From an uncultured Candidatus Saccharibacteria bacterium (GTDB taxonomy: Bacteria; Patescibacteriota; Minisyncoccia; UBA6257), in the NCBI GenBank assembly GCA_964618625.1, contig CAZUBI010000001.1, positions 332,266-396,265 of the forward strand: a stretch of DNA of 64,000 nt, written 5' to 3'. A program made the translations under genes and the position numbers. Shown one piece after another: positions 17,961-28,007 of the stretch (its first letter is position 1; every line of letters starts with the position of its first letter). Under the pieces are notes generated by a model, which was not told the DNA's origin, searched no databases, and was given only the letters and a program-made list of their open reading frames with translations.

Positions 17961-18983
17961 TTAAAATTGTTCCAAAAATCTTATATCTGAAGAGAAAAAT
18001 AATCTAATATCATCAATATGATATTTGATCATAGCGATTCTTTCCACTCCAAGCCCAAAAGCAAAACCCTGCCAGCGATTAGTCACATAACCCATCCTTT
18101 TAAACAAATCTGGATGAACCATTCCCGCACCCATTATTTCCAACCATTCATCCTTCATTTTTGACTTTTGACCCTTAGCTTTTGACTTTATTTTAATATC
18201 CACTTCAACACCAGGGGATACAAAGGGAAAATAACTAGGCCTAAAACGAACTAAAACATTCTGTTTAAAAATATCTTTTACAACTTCTTCAATAACAGCT
18301 TTAAAATTGGATAAATTAATATTTTCTCCTACCATCAAGCCTTCTATCTGATGAAATTGAATTTCATGGGAAGCATCAGTCGCTTCATAGCGAAAACATT
18401 TACCAGGAACAATTATACGAAAAGGAGGCTGATTAGTTTCCATAAAACGAACCTGCATTGGACTAGTATGTGTCCGCAATAACATTTTCGACTTCTCATT
18501 TTTAGCTTTTGATTTCACCCAAAGTGTATCCCACATTTCTCTGGCAGGATGACCAGCAGGAATGTTCAAAGCATCAAAATTATAATATTCAGTTTCAATT
18601 TCAGGTCCTTCTATAATGGAAAAGCCCATTTTTTGAAAAGAATTAGTTATATCACGTAAAATCAATGTCAAAGGATGAAGATGCCCTTGATGGATTTTCT
18701 CGCCTGGCCGAGTAATGTCAATAAAATCTGAGGAAAAAGAAAAATTACTTTCTAGATCTACTCTCTTTTCTTTATATAAGGATGAAAGGAGCTGACGAAC
18801 AGCATTAGCTTTCTGTCCTTGTTTTTTCTTTTCTTTTAATGGTAATCCTACCAAAGAATTAAAAAATAAAGAGAGAGCGCTTTTTCTCCCTAAATATTTA
18901 ATACGCCATTTTTCTAAATCTGATGTATCTTTGATTAAAGAAATGCCTATTTCAGCATCTTTTTTTAATTGCTTCAAATCCAT
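17961..18983 (-). CDS. pheS: Phenylalanine--tRNA ligase alpha subunit
   Basis: Class II motifs FRPSYFPFVSPG and GAGMVHP...FGLGVERIAM. Confidence 0.9.
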   Translation of the reverse strand: MDLKQLKKDAEIGISLIKDTSDLEKWRIKYLGRKSALSLFFNSLVGLPLKEKKKQGQKANAVRQLLSSLYKEKRVDLESNFSFSSDFIDITRPGEKIHQGHLHPLTLILRDITNSFQKMGFSIIEGPEIETEYYNFDALNIPAGHPAREMWDTLWVKSKAKNEKSKMLLRTHTSPMQVRFMETNQPPFRIIVPGKCFRYEATDASHEIQFHQIEGLMVGENINLSNFKAVIEEVVKDIFKQNVLVRFRPSYFPFVSPGVEVDIKIKSKAKGQKSKMKDEWLEIMGAGMVHPDLFKRMGYVTNRWQGFAFGLGVERIAMIKYHIDDIRLFFSSDIRFLEQF

Positions 18984-19061
18984 TGTATGCTTTTTGATAC
19001 CTCTATTTTAACGTCTGTTTTAACTCTTATAGTTAATTTTACTCTAAAATATTGATTTTTT

Positions 19062-19177
19062 CAACCCCGTTAGAGATTCTTAATCTCTTTATTTTTGATA
19101 ACCATAGCTGTTAAGCGGTTTCACCTTATAGTTCTTATATTATTGAGACACTTGGCTGAATCTCTAACGGGGTCAAG
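19062..19177 (+). repeat. MITE-like palindromic intergenic element, copy 1 (about 116 bp, 16-bp terminal inverted repeats AACCCCGTTAGAGATTC / GAATCTCTAACGGGGT)
   Basis: Terminal inverted repeats lie at 19063..19079 and 19158..19173. The internal sequence is about 85% identical to the copy at 47158..47279. Confidence 0.5.
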
Positions 19178-19260
19178 CGAAAACTGGGGAAAAAATAGTC
19201 CTCCTTGCGAAAAAATGAAAAAGATTATACAATAAAATAGGTAAATTTTTAAATATTATT

Positions 19261-19986
19261 ATGTCAGGACATTCTAAGTGGTCTAAGGTAAAATACCAAA
19301 AAGCTGTTAAAGACCCTAAAAGAGCTAAGGCTTTTTCTAAATTAACGGCCCTAATCACTGTGGCAGCAAAAAACGGTGGAAATATAGATTCCAATTCTAA
19401 ATTAAAAATGGCTGTTGATAAAGCAAAAGAATTCGGAATGCCTAAAGAAAATATTGAAAGAGCCATAAATAGAGGATCTGGTCAATTAGATGATGGAAAA
19501 AAAATAGATGAAATCTTCTACGAGGCGTATGGTCCAGGAGGCTCAGCTCTTCTAATTCAGGCGATTACAGATAATAAAAACCGCACCTTAGCTGAACTAC
19601 GGCATTTACTTCAAGAACATGGGGCTAAAATGGCAGATACTGGAAGTGTCCGCTGGATGTTTAAAGAGTCAGGAAAAATGATCTTGCCTAAAAGATTTTG
19701 GAATGATGATATTTCACTAGAAGCCATTGAAAATGGAGCAGAAGAAATAAAAGAAGAAGGTGAAAAGATTATAATTTACACTAATCCGCAAAATCTCGCT
19801 TCAATTAAAGATTTTCTTGAAAAAAGAATAGGCCAAGATGTTATTGAGACTGAATTTGATTTTATCAGCCAACAACCAATAAAAATTATCGACAAAGAAA
19901 TAAAAACCAAATTAGATAATTTATTCAATGCTTTAGATGAGTATGATGATGTAGAAGAAATTTATTGTAACGCTGATTTAAAATAA
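19261..19986 (+). CDS. yebC: YebC/PmpR family transcriptional regulatory protein
   Basis: N-terminus MSGHSKWSKVKYQKAVKDPKRAKAFSKL. Confidence 0.85.
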   Translation: MSGHSKWSKVKYQKAVKDPKRAKAFSKLTALITVAAKNGGNIDSNSKLKMAVDKAKEFGMPKENIERAINRGSGQLDDGKKIDEIFYEAYGPGGSALLIQAITDNKNRTLAELRHLLQEHGAKMADTGSVRWMFKESGKMILPKRFWNDDISLEAIENGAEEIKEEGEKIIIYTNPQNLASIKDFLEKRIGQDVIETEFDFISQQPIKIIDKEIKTKLDNLFNALDEYDDVEEIYCNADLK

Positions 19987-19993
19987 CAAAACT

Positions 19994-20476
19994 ATGATAA
20001 TTTTAGGTATTGATCCTGGAACAACTCGAACAGGGTGGGCTTTTCTCCGTGTTGGAAGAAAAAATATTAAACCAATAGACTATGGATGTTTGGAAATATC
20101 CAAAGAAAGCCAAGGTGAAAGACTGGCAATAATTGCTAAGGACCTTAATTCATTGATCAAAAAATACAAGCCATCAGTAATCGCTATAGAAAAAATATTT
20201 TTCTTTAAAAATGCTAAAACCGTTATGAGCATTAGTGAAGCCAGGGGCGTTATTCTATTAGTCGCTCAAAAAAACCGCTTAAAATGTATTGAATTAACAC
20301 CACTTGAAATCAAGCAAAATCTTATAGGCTATGGAAGAGCGAATAAAAAAGATGTGCAAAAAACAATTCAATATTTTTTCTCCTTAGAAACAATGCCCAA
20401 ACCCGATGATATTGCGGACGCTTTAGCTGTTGCCTTAGCAGGAGTTAATAAATTGGGAATAAAATATTCAAATTAA
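19994..20476 (+). CDS. ruvC: Crossover junction endodeoxyribonuclease RuvC
   Basis: N-terminus MIILGIDPGTTRTGWAF; 160 aa. Confidence 0.85.
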   Translation: MIILGIDPGTTRTGWAFLRVGRKNIKPIDYGCLEISKESQGERLAIIAKDLNSLIKKYKPSVIAIEKIFFFKNAKTVMSISEARGVILLVAQKNRLKCIELTPLEIKQNLIGYGRANKKDVQKTIQYFFSLETMPKPDDIADALAVALAGVNKLGIKYSN

Positions 20477-20483
20477 AACAAAA

Positions 20484-22952
20484 ATGATAAAAAAGACCAT
20501 TTCATTTTTCCTACTACTATCTTTTTTAGCTCTAACTTTATTGGGCTTTTTTTTGATTTTTCTCGCTGAAGGATTGCCAGACCCATCTACATTTGGTCAA
20601 CGAGTTGTTCCAGAATCAACAAAAATATATGACCGCACTGGAAAGATCTTACTTTACGAAATACATGGCGGAGAAAAAAGAACCATCGTGGGAATAAATG
20701 AAATGTCTCCCTATATCATAAAAACAACTCTCGCCGCAGAAGATCATAATTTTTATAAGCATTATGGTTTTTCTTTAAAAGGATTTGTCCGTTCTATTAT
20801 TCATAATCTGTCCCATCCAAACGATCTTCGGGGTGGTTCCACAATAACCCAACAATTGGCTCGCAATGCTTTTCTCACTATTGATAAAACTTTAGTAAGA
20901 AAATTTAAAGAAGCAATTTTGACTGTAAAAATTGAAAAAATATATAGCAAAGATCAAATTCTGGAAATGTACTTGAATCAAATTAATTATGGACATAATG
21001 TTTATGGAATTGAATCAGCAAGCAATTTTTATTACAGTAAAGAAGCTAAAAACCTAACATTAGCTGAAGCAACTTATCTAATCAGCCTGATCCAATCACC
21101 AAATTATTTATCCCCTTTTGGTAATCATCTGGAAGATCTAGAAAAAAGAAAAAACTGGATCCTTTCACGAGTAAAAGACCTTGATTATTGCTCCAGTGAG
21201 GAAGTAGAAAAAGCCCAACAAGAAAAAGTAATTTTTACACCACCAAAGGTTGGCTTTAAAGCGCCTCATTTTGTAATGTATGTTCGTAATCTTCTCTATG
21301 AAAAATTCAGTGAAGAAGAGTTGAAAAAAGGCGGATATACTATTATTACAAGTTTGGATATGCGCCTCCAAAACTTAGCTGAGGAATTAGTGGAAAAATA
21401 CGGAAATCTTAATGAAGAAAATGTAGGAGTAAAAAACCTAAGTCTTTTAGCTGAAGATCCTAAAACCGGCCAAATACTAGCAATGGTAGGATCACGCGAT
21501 TATTGGAATTTAGAAAATGAAGGAAATGTAAACACTACTTTGAGTATTCGCCAGCCAGGATCATCTTTTAAGCCAATGGTTTATGCCACGGTTTTTAAAA
21601 AAGGATTTCTTCCTGAAAGTATTATTTTTGATGCCGCTATAGATGGCAAAATAGCTAATTTTTCCACTGACCCACAAAATCCTTATTTAGTCCGAAACTA
21701 TGATGAAAAAACTAGAGGGCCAGTTACTTTCAAACAAGCCCTTGCTCAATCTTTAAATATTCCATCAGTAAAAATCTTATATCTAGCTGGCATAAAAAAT
21801 TCTATTAAAACAGCCCAGGATTTTGGCATTACAACACTTAATGATCCACCAGAACATTATGGATTAAGCTTAGTTCTTGGTGGAGGGGGCGTGAAACTAA
21901 TTGAAATGGTCCATGCATACACGGTTTTCAATCAAGAGGGAATCTATCACCCACAAATAAGTATTTTAAAAATAAAAGACAAAAATCACCAAACAATTGA
22001 AGAATTCTCTTTAAAAAATAAAGTGGTTTTAGATTCACAAATAGCTCGTCTTATTAATAGTATCCTATCAGATAATAGCGCAAGGGCCCCTACATTTGGA
22101 TGGAATAATCAATTATATTTTCCTGATTTTCAAGCGGCAGCAAAAACTGGAACAGATTCTGAATATCGCGATGCATGGACAATCGGCTACACTACATCTC
22201 TGGTTAGCGGAGTCTGGGCTGGAAACAATGATAGATCTGTAGTAAGTAGAACAGGAGCACCAGGGTCTATGTTAGCAGCTCCTTGCTGGCATGAATTTAT
22301 GGAAAAATCAATAGAATTTTATCCTCCAACAAATTTTATTGAACCACTTCCATATACCAATGACCAATCAATTAAAAATTCCATCCCAATGCTTAATGGA
22401 AATTATATAAATACAAAAAAATATAAGAATATTCAAACTGAAGAAATTATAAACGCCAATGAAATCCATAATATTCTTTATTATGTTAATAAAGATAATA
22501 TTCTTGAATCTCCGCCTACTAACCCACTAGGCAATCCCCAGTTTTGGAATTGGGAAATCCCCGTGCTTTTATGGGCGCAAAAAAACATTATTAATTTCAG
22601 TGAAGAATATAATAAATATTTAGGCGTTAATTATATACCTATTGACACTAATGCCATACAAACAACAATAAATTTTCCTGATGTTCCTAAAATTGAATTT
22701 ATTTCACCTCAAAACGGCAGCTTTGTTGATGCTGATATGGATTTAATTATTAAAATTAATAGCCCTATTGAAATAATGAATACCCAAATTTATCTTAATA
22801 AAATATTACTCGGGGAATTAAATAAAATTGATGACGATGTTTATTCCCACAAAATACATCTAGATGATTTAATCGATCAAAATGAAATAAAAATTGAAGC
22901 CATTGATGGCTTCAATCAAAAAAGCACAGCATCAATAATTATATTTAAATAA
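20484..22952 (+). CDS. Bifunctional class A penicillin-binding protein (transglycosylase plus transpeptidase) with a C-terminal extension
   Basis: GT51 motif GGSTITQQLARN; transpeptidase SSFKP; KTGT motif AKTGTDSEY; N-terminal TM segment. Confidence 0.8.
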   Translation: MIKKTISFFLLLSFLALTLLGFFLIFLAEGLPDPSTFGQRVVPESTKIYDRTGKILLYEIHGGEKRTIVGINEMSPYIIKTTLAAEDHNFYKHYGFSLKGFVRSIIHNLSHPNDLRGGSTITQQLARNAFLTIDKTLVRKFKEAILTVKIEKIYSKDQILEMYLNQINYGHNVYGIESASNFYYSKEAKNLTLAEATYLISLIQSPNYLSPFGNHLEDLEKRKNWILSRVKDLDYCSSEEVEKAQQEKVIFTPPKVGFKAPHFVMYVRNLLYEKFSEEELKKGGYTIITSLDMRLQNLAEELVEKYGNLNEENVGVKNLSLLAEDPKTGQILAMVGSRDYWNLENEGNVNTTLSIRQPGSSFKPMVYATVFKKGFLPESIIFDAAIDGKIANFSTDPQNPYLVRNYDEKTRGPVTFKQALAQSLNIPSVKILYLAGIKNSIKTAQDFGITTLNDPPEHYGLSLVLGGGGVKLIEMVHAYTVFNQEGIYHPQISILKIKDKNHQTIEEFSLKNKVVLDSQIARLINSILSDNSARAPTFGWNNQLYFPDFQAAAKTGTDSEYRDAWTIGYTTSLVSGVWAGNNDRSVVSRTGAPGSMLAAPCWHEFMEKSIEFYPPTNFIEPLPYTNDQSIKNSIPMLNGNYINTKKYKNIQTEEIINANEIHNILYYVNKDNILESPPTNPLGNPQFWNWEIPVLLWAQKNIINFSEEYNKYLGVNYIPIDTNAIQTTINFPDVPKIEFISPQNGSFVDADMDLIIKINSPIEIMNTQIYLNKILLGELNKIDDDVYSHKIHLDDLIDQNEIKIEAIDGFNQKSTASIIIFK

Positions 22953-23013
22953 CCTTCTTTAAATAAATTATGTATAGATAATTATTTTCAAGTAATTACG
23001 CTCTCATAATTAT

Positions 23014-23310
23014 TCATCCAATTTTATAAAAGATTTTATTAATTTTCACTTTAGGGATTCTCTTTTCAAGATAAGCTCTTAATTGCGGTTCCTCTAATCG
23101 TAATTCTGATGAAATAACTGCCCTACAACACTTAATTGTTAATATCCCCTGTTTTAAAGAACTGACCCTGACTATATCCAAGGACCAGTTTTTTCTTTTT
23201 TTAAAATATTGGTTTATTACGTTAATTGCTTCCTGCCCCTGAAAAAAACTTTTAAATCTTTTGGTGTTTGACCAACTATTTAATGCTTGTTTGATTGATA
23301 TAAAAGCCAT
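23014..23310 (-). CDS. DUF721 (DciA-like) protein downstream of dnaN
   Basis: 98 aa. LKQGILTIKCCRAVISSELRLEEPQLRAYLEK resembles the DUF721 core. Its position after dnaA-dnaN is conserved. Confidence 0.4.
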   Translation of the reverse strand: MAFISIKQALNSWSNTKRFKSFFQGQEAINVINQYFKKRKNWSLDIVRVSSLKQGILTIKCCRAVISSELRLEEPQLRAYLEKRIPKVKINKIFYKIG

Positions 23311-23326
23311 AAGACAAAATACTATG

Positions 23327-24463
23327 TCAAATTTTAATTGGCATTAAAATATAGGAAAAGCTATCATCAGATTTCCCATGAATCAAGCCGGGGTTAATTT
23401 CTTTATTTAACTTAATAATAATTTCATCTTCCTTAATTGAATGCAATCCATCTAATAAGAAATGATAATTAAAACTAATCTTCAATGGACTTCCACTTAT
23501 ATCTTTGGGGATAAGAACCGTATGGCTTTTCCCCAAAGAAGGGTCTTGAGCCTCAATAGCAATTTCCTTTTTCGATGGATTAAAATCAAACATAACGTCA
23601 TTTATCCTCCCACTAAATAAGCCAACAATTTTAACGGCCTCAATCAATTTCTTTCTATTTAAAATTGTCTGGTTTTCAAAATTAGACGGAATTATTGAAG
23701 AATATTTTGGATATTCAGCATTAATAAGCCTGGATATTAAACGAACATTATCTAATGAAAACTGAATTTGATTAGGTTCTGGAAAAATCTTTACTACACT
23801 ACCAATTTCCTCCATCTCCTCTTGAATAATTCTTAGAACTTCTTGCGCCGTTCTTAATGGAATTATTATTTCTAAATTATCTTTTATATTAGTTTTAATT
23901 TTCTGGGATAAAATATTCTTTTCTGCCAAACGAAAACTATCAGTGCCAACTAATTTAAAAACGCTTTTCGCAGTATTGTTTTCTAATTTAAATAAAATGC
24001 CATTCAATTCTGGTTTTGGAGAAGTATACCCAACACTCGGAATTACTTGCTCTAACGCTTCTTCAAGATCCCCTTTTTTTATTTCTATATATTTTTCTGT
24101 TTTTGTTTCTGGAATAATTGGAAATTCATCGGGATTTATTCCTTGAAAGGTTGTATTATAATTCCCACTTTTTACTGACAGAATATTTTTACTTTCTTCA
24201 ATTGTAATTCTTTCTTCTGATAAATTATTCAAAAACATAGAAAAAGTTTTTGCTGGAATGATAAATTTTCCTTCTTTCTCCACTTTTCCCGTGATAATTA
24301 ATTCAATTCCAATTTCCAAATCAGTAGCCAAAAGATGAAGCTTATTTTTATTTGTTTTTAAAAGAATATTACTCAAAATAGGAAGTGTAAGATTTTTCCC
24401 TGTAATTTTTTCTGCTAAATTAATAGATTTTTTAAAACTATCGACTAAAGTGATAAATTTCAT
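23327..24463 (-). CDS. dnaN: DNA polymerase III beta sliding clamp
   Basis: N-terminus MKFITLVDSFKKSINLAEKITGKN...LEIGIE; 378 aa. Confidence 0.85.
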   Translation of the reverse strand: MKFITLVDSFKKSINLAEKITGKNLTLPILSNILLKTNKNKLHLLATDLEIGIELIITGKVEKEGKFIIPAKTFSMFLNNLSEERITIEESKNILSVKSGNYNTTFQGINPDEFPIIPETKTEKYIEIKKGDLEEALEQVIPSVGYTSPKPELNGILFKLENNTAKSVFKLVGTDSFRLAEKNILSQKIKTNIKDNLEIIIPLRTAQEVLRIIQEEMEEIGSVVKIFPEPNQIQFSLDNVRLISRLINAEYPKYSSIIPSNFENQTILNRKKLIEAVKIVGLFSGRINDVMFDFNPSKKEIAIEAQDPSLGKSHTVLIPKDISGSPLKISFNYHFLLDGLHSIKEDEIIIKLNKEINPGLIHGKSDDSFSYILMPIKI

Positions 24464-24712
24464 ATTTTTATACTAATTATTATTTATATATATTAATATA
24501 TTATTATAATTAAGGACGGGTATTTTGTGTATAAATGATTCTTTTTAAAGATAGTATTTATTATAAATGATTTTTTAAATGGATAACTAGTGAATAATTA
24601 ATGAATAATCTGGAGAAAACATGGGGATAGTAATTTAATTTTTGGTTTTTAATTTTCAATTCTTAATTTTATCAAGTATTTATACCTTATTTTATCAACA
24701 ATATATCCACTA

Positions 24713-26095
24713 TCATTTATTATACAGCATTTCTTTTAAAATTATTATTTCCTGACAAAAAACAGGGTCTTTTTCAATTTCAGAAGATATCTTTTTATAT
24801 GCATGAATAACGGTGGTATGGTCACGATTACCTAATTTTTCAGCAATACTAGTATAGGAATAATGTAACTCTTCTCTCAAAAGATACATTACTATTTGCC
24901 TTGGTTTTACTAATTCTTTCTTCCTAGAACGACCCAAAACATCGTCTTCTTTAAGGTCATAAAAAGAAACTATTTTTTTAATCACTTCTTTTGGTGAAAT
25001 ATATTTATTCGATTTATTTAAAATTAGTGACAATATTCTTTTGGTTTCTTCTAAAGAGATTGGACTATTTTTAAGGCGCGCGTGCGCGAGGACCCTGTTT
25101 AATGCTCCCTCTAATTCCCTGATATTCTTTGGGATTGCTTCAGCTATATACTTAAGAACATCATTATTTATAAGATGGGATACATCCTGACTTTTGTTTT
25201 CTAAAATAGCCAACCTTGTTTCAAAATTAGGATAACCAATATCAGCTATCATACCCCCTTCAAATCTAGACCTTAGCCGTTCCTCAATAGACGGAATAGA
25301 TTTTGGCGGGCGATCGGAGGTAAAAACAATTTGTTTATTTTTTTCATAGAGAGTATTAAACGTATGGAAAAGTTCTTCCTGTGTTTTATCTTTTCCAGCG
25401 ACAAACTGGACATCGTCAATTAAAAGAAGGTCAAGATTTCGGAAACTTTTTTTAAATTCCGTCATTTTTTGATTACGGATGGCATTAACCAAATCATCTG
25501 TAAATTTTTCCGAGGTAGCATATAAAATTTTCAATTTTTTCTTTTTTCTTTTCAGTTCATTGCCAATAGCTTGTAGAAGATGTGTTTTTCCCAATCCAAC
25601 GCCGCCATAAATAAAAAGAGGATTATATTTTTTTCCTAAATTTTCTATTACTGCCAAGGATGCTGCATTAGCTAATTCATTATTGGTTCCGACAACAAAG
25701 TTTTCAAAAAGGTATTTTGGATTAAGATTAGTTTCAGGATCAATATTAAATTCTAATTGTTCATCTAAAACTGACGATTTTGAAATAGCTGAAGAACGTT
25801 TTGTTTTTTTAGTTTCTATTTTTTTTAAAGAATCTTTATTAGTAGTAACCAGATATTCAATCTTTTTAATTTTAGGATTCAAGCTATAAAGGGCGTGTAG
25901 AATTTGTTTATGGTATTTATTTTCAAGCCATTCTTTTGTAAAACTAGATGGGACCCCTATAAAGACCGTCCCTTCTTTAATATCTAAAATAAAAGCATCT
26001 TTTAACCATGTTAGGTAATTAGCTTTAGAAATATTCAATTTAATCTCTCCCAAGGCTGCTTCCCAAAGTTCTTTGATATCCATAATTGAAATCAC
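24713..26095 (-). CDS. dnaA: Chromosomal replication initiator DnaA
   Basis: Walker A motif GGVGLGKTHLLQAIGN, an AAA+ domain, and a C-terminal DnaA-box-binding HTH. Confidence 0.9.
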   Translation of the reverse strand: MISIMDIKELWEAALGEIKLNISKANYLTWLKDAFILDIKEGTVFIGVPSSFTKEWLENKYHKQILHALYSLNPKIKKIEYLVTTNKDSLKKIETKKTKRSSAISKSSVLDEQLEFNIDPETNLNPKYLFENFVVGTNNELANAASLAVIENLGKKYNPLFIYGGVGLGKTHLLQAIGNELKRKKKKLKILYATSEKFTDDLVNAIRNQKMTEFKKSFRNLDLLLIDDVQFVAGKDKTQEELFHTFNTLYEKNKQIVFTSDRPPKSIPSIEERLRSRFEGGMIADIGYPNFETRLAILENKSQDVSHLINNDVLKYIAEAIPKNIRELEGALNRVLAHARLKNSPISLEETKRILSLILNKSNKYISPKEVIKKIVSFYDLKEDDVLGRSRKKELVKPRQIVMYLLREELHYSYTSIAEKLGNRDHTTVIHAYKKISSEIEKDPVFCQEIIILKEMLYNK

Positions 26096-26353
26096 AATAT
26101 TTACATTCTATAGTATAACAATTTTTCGCTTCGCTCAAGAACGTTGAAATTGCAATATACTTATTTCAATTATTTAATATATATTGAAATATATATTAAA
26201 ATTAAAATACTATTATTTTAATTATAAAAATAAAATTTAGTCTTTGCAAGAAAATCATTCTCTTTTGGGGATAAACTGTTGATAGTCAGTGGGTTTGATA
26301 TTTAACGTATATTTTGGTATGCTGTTCTAGATTTAAATTTAATATTTATTGCT
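26096..26353. promoter_or_regulatory. Candidate replication origin (oriC) / dnaA promoter region, AT-rich with DnaA-box-like 9-mers
   Basis: TGGGGATAA at 26266..26274 and TGTTGATAG at 26277..26285 match the DnaA box at 8/9 and 7/9. More boxes are at 24580..24722 in the dnaN-dnaA spacer. It lies between divergent dnaA and rpmH. Confidence 0.35.
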
Positions 26354-26488
26354 ATGTCGATTACTTATCAACCAAAAAAGAAAAAGAGATTACGCACCCA
26401 CGGATTTTTAAAAAGGATGTCTTCTAAAGGAGGAAAAAAGATTATTAGTCAACGGAGGCAAAAAGGAAGAAAAAAATTAACTCCTTAA
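26354..26488 (+). CDS. rpmH: 50S ribosomal protein L34
   Basis: Not in the ORF track (44 aa). It translates as [44 protein letters not shown]. Confidence 0.8.
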   Translation: MSITYQPKKKKRLRTHGFLKRMSSKGGKKIISQRRQKGRKKLTP

Positions 26489-26491
26489 GTA

Positions 26492-26821
26492 ATGCTTAAA
26501 AAGAAAAACAGAATTACATCTTCTGTTACTTTTAAAGAGATTCTTACAAAAGGCAATACAAAAGAGAACGAGTGTTTTAAGATTATCTTCAAAAAGAATG
26601 ATTTAGACTATCCGAGGTATGGAATTGTTGTAAGCACGAAAAATAGTAAATCAGCTGTACAAAGAAATGCTTTAAAAAGAAGAATTAGAAATATACTCAA
26701 AGATTCTTTATTGGTTTTTTCAAAAGGATTTGATGCGGTGATTGTTACGAAGAAAAATTGTTTAAATACGGACTTTCAAAAGCTCAAGGAATCTCTTAAC
26801 AAACTATTAAGATTATTTTAA
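26492..26821 (+). CDS. rnpA: Ribonuclease P protein component
   Basis: It sits directly after rpmH. It is a basic 109-aa protein with an RnpA-like KRRIRN motif. Confidence 0.7.
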   Translation: MLKKKNRITSSVTFKEILTKGNTKENECFKIIFKKNDLDYPRYGIVVSTKNSKSAVQRNALKRRIRNILKDSLLVFSKGFDAVIVTKKNCLNTDFQKLKESLNKLLRLF

Positions 26822-26827
26822 TAAATT

Positions 26828-27520
26828 ATGAACATTTTTGAATTATTAATCTTTCAACCGCTATATAATCTTTTAGCCTTACTCTCTAATCTAACAATGG
26901 GTGATTTAGGGTGGGCTGTTTTAATTTTGGCGGCGATAATTCGTCTTATTATCTGGTCTTGGTATAAAAAAGCCATGGGGGATCAAAGAAAAATGGCGAA
27001 ATTACAGCCTAAGATTAAAGAAATTCAAAAGAAGTTTAAGAAGGAACCAATAAAGGGCAATCAGGAAGTAATGAAAATTTTTAAGGAAGAAAAAATCAAT
27101 CCTGGTAATTCTTTCTTTTTTATCTTTTTCCAAATGGCTATTTTTATTTCTCTCTTTATATTTTTTAAGCAAGCTATAGTTAATGATTGGGCCTTTTATC
27201 TCTATAATTTTGTTAAACTACCAGAACAAATAAATTATTTATTTCTTGGTTTGATTGATCTTAAAGCTCCAAGTCTTGCTCTTGCGATTATTTCAGCTTG
27301 CTTGAACTCCTTTTTGATTTTTATCCAACCAAGCTCAGGCCAGAACAAAGCAATGCTACTTGGCTTCCCTTTTATAATCTTATTTTTCTACCAGAGATTT
27401 CCTGCGATTGTTATTTTGTATTGGATAGGATTTACTTTAGTGAATATTTTGCAGGAATATATGACTAAGAAAGAAACGCTACGCCCAAATCAAGCATTGG
27501 AAACAAAAGTTATCAGCTGA
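26828..27520 (+). CDS. yidC: Membrane protein insertase YidC (short form)
   Basis: Position after rnpA, a polytopic membrane protein of 230 aa. Confidence 0.7.
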   Translation: MNIFELLIFQPLYNLLALLSNLTMGDLGWAVLILAAIIRLIIWSWYKKAMGDQRKMAKLQPKIKEIQKKFKKEPIKGNQEVMKIFKEEKINPGNSFFFIFFQMAIFISLFIFFKQAIVNDWAFYLYNFVKLPEQINYLFLGLIDLKAPSLALAIISACLNSFLIFIQPSSGQNKAMLLGFPFIILFFYQRFPAIVILYWIGFTLVNILQEYMTKKETLRPNQALETKVIS

Positions 27521-27522
27521 TC

Positions 27523-27996
27523 ATGGAAACATTAAAAGTAAAAACCTTTTTAGAAGAATTGCTTACAATTGTTGGTTTTGTAAATTTTGAGATTAGTACA
27601 CAAGAAAGCCCCCAAGATAAACTTATTCAGTTTTCAATTAAAACTGATTCAGAAATTAATTATAGCGGTCTTTTAATAGGACGCGATGGAGAAAATCTGC
27701 AGGCATTAGAATATTTATTAAATATCTTTTCAAAAAAATGTTTCAATGATTATCCCTGGAGAATTATCTTGGATATTAATAATTATCGGGCAATACAGGA
27801 GGAAAAATTAAGAGAATTTGCCAAGAAAGCGGCTCGTCACGTATCTTTATCAAAAAAAGAGATAGAATTACCGCCCATGAGAGCGCGGGATAGAAGGATT
27901 ATCCATTTAGAGATTGCTTTAAGGAGCGATGTATTTACAGAGAGTATTGGGGAAGGAAAAGAAAGGCATATTATAATAAAGCCGCAAGAGAAATAA
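27523..27996 (+). CDS. jag: Jag/KhpB RNA-binding protein (KH plus R3H)
   Basis: KH motif LLIGRDGENLQALEYLLN and an R3H motif (RRIIHLEI). It follows yidC. Confidence 0.7.
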   Translation: METLKVKTFLEELLTIVGFVNFEISTQESPQDKLIQFSIKTDSEINYSGLLIGRDGENLQALEYLLNIFSKKCFNDYPWRIILDINNYRAIQEEKLREFAKKAARHVSLSKKEIELPPMRARDRRIIHLEIALRSDVFTESIGEGKERHIIIKPQEK

Positions 27997-28007
27997 TTTT
28001 TTATTAT

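Noticed and set aside
19173-19466. Antisense or overlapping track ORFs such as 19173..19466, 54904..55338, 9800..10144, 9894..10088, 40136..40834, 46467..46799, 12571..12813, 13929..14315 and 61330..61572
   Set aside because: Each lies opposite a well-supported conserved gene or within low-complexity K/E-coding repeats. None has a motif, and their composition is Ser/Phe/Leu-rich, which is typical of the reverse frame of AT-rich genes.
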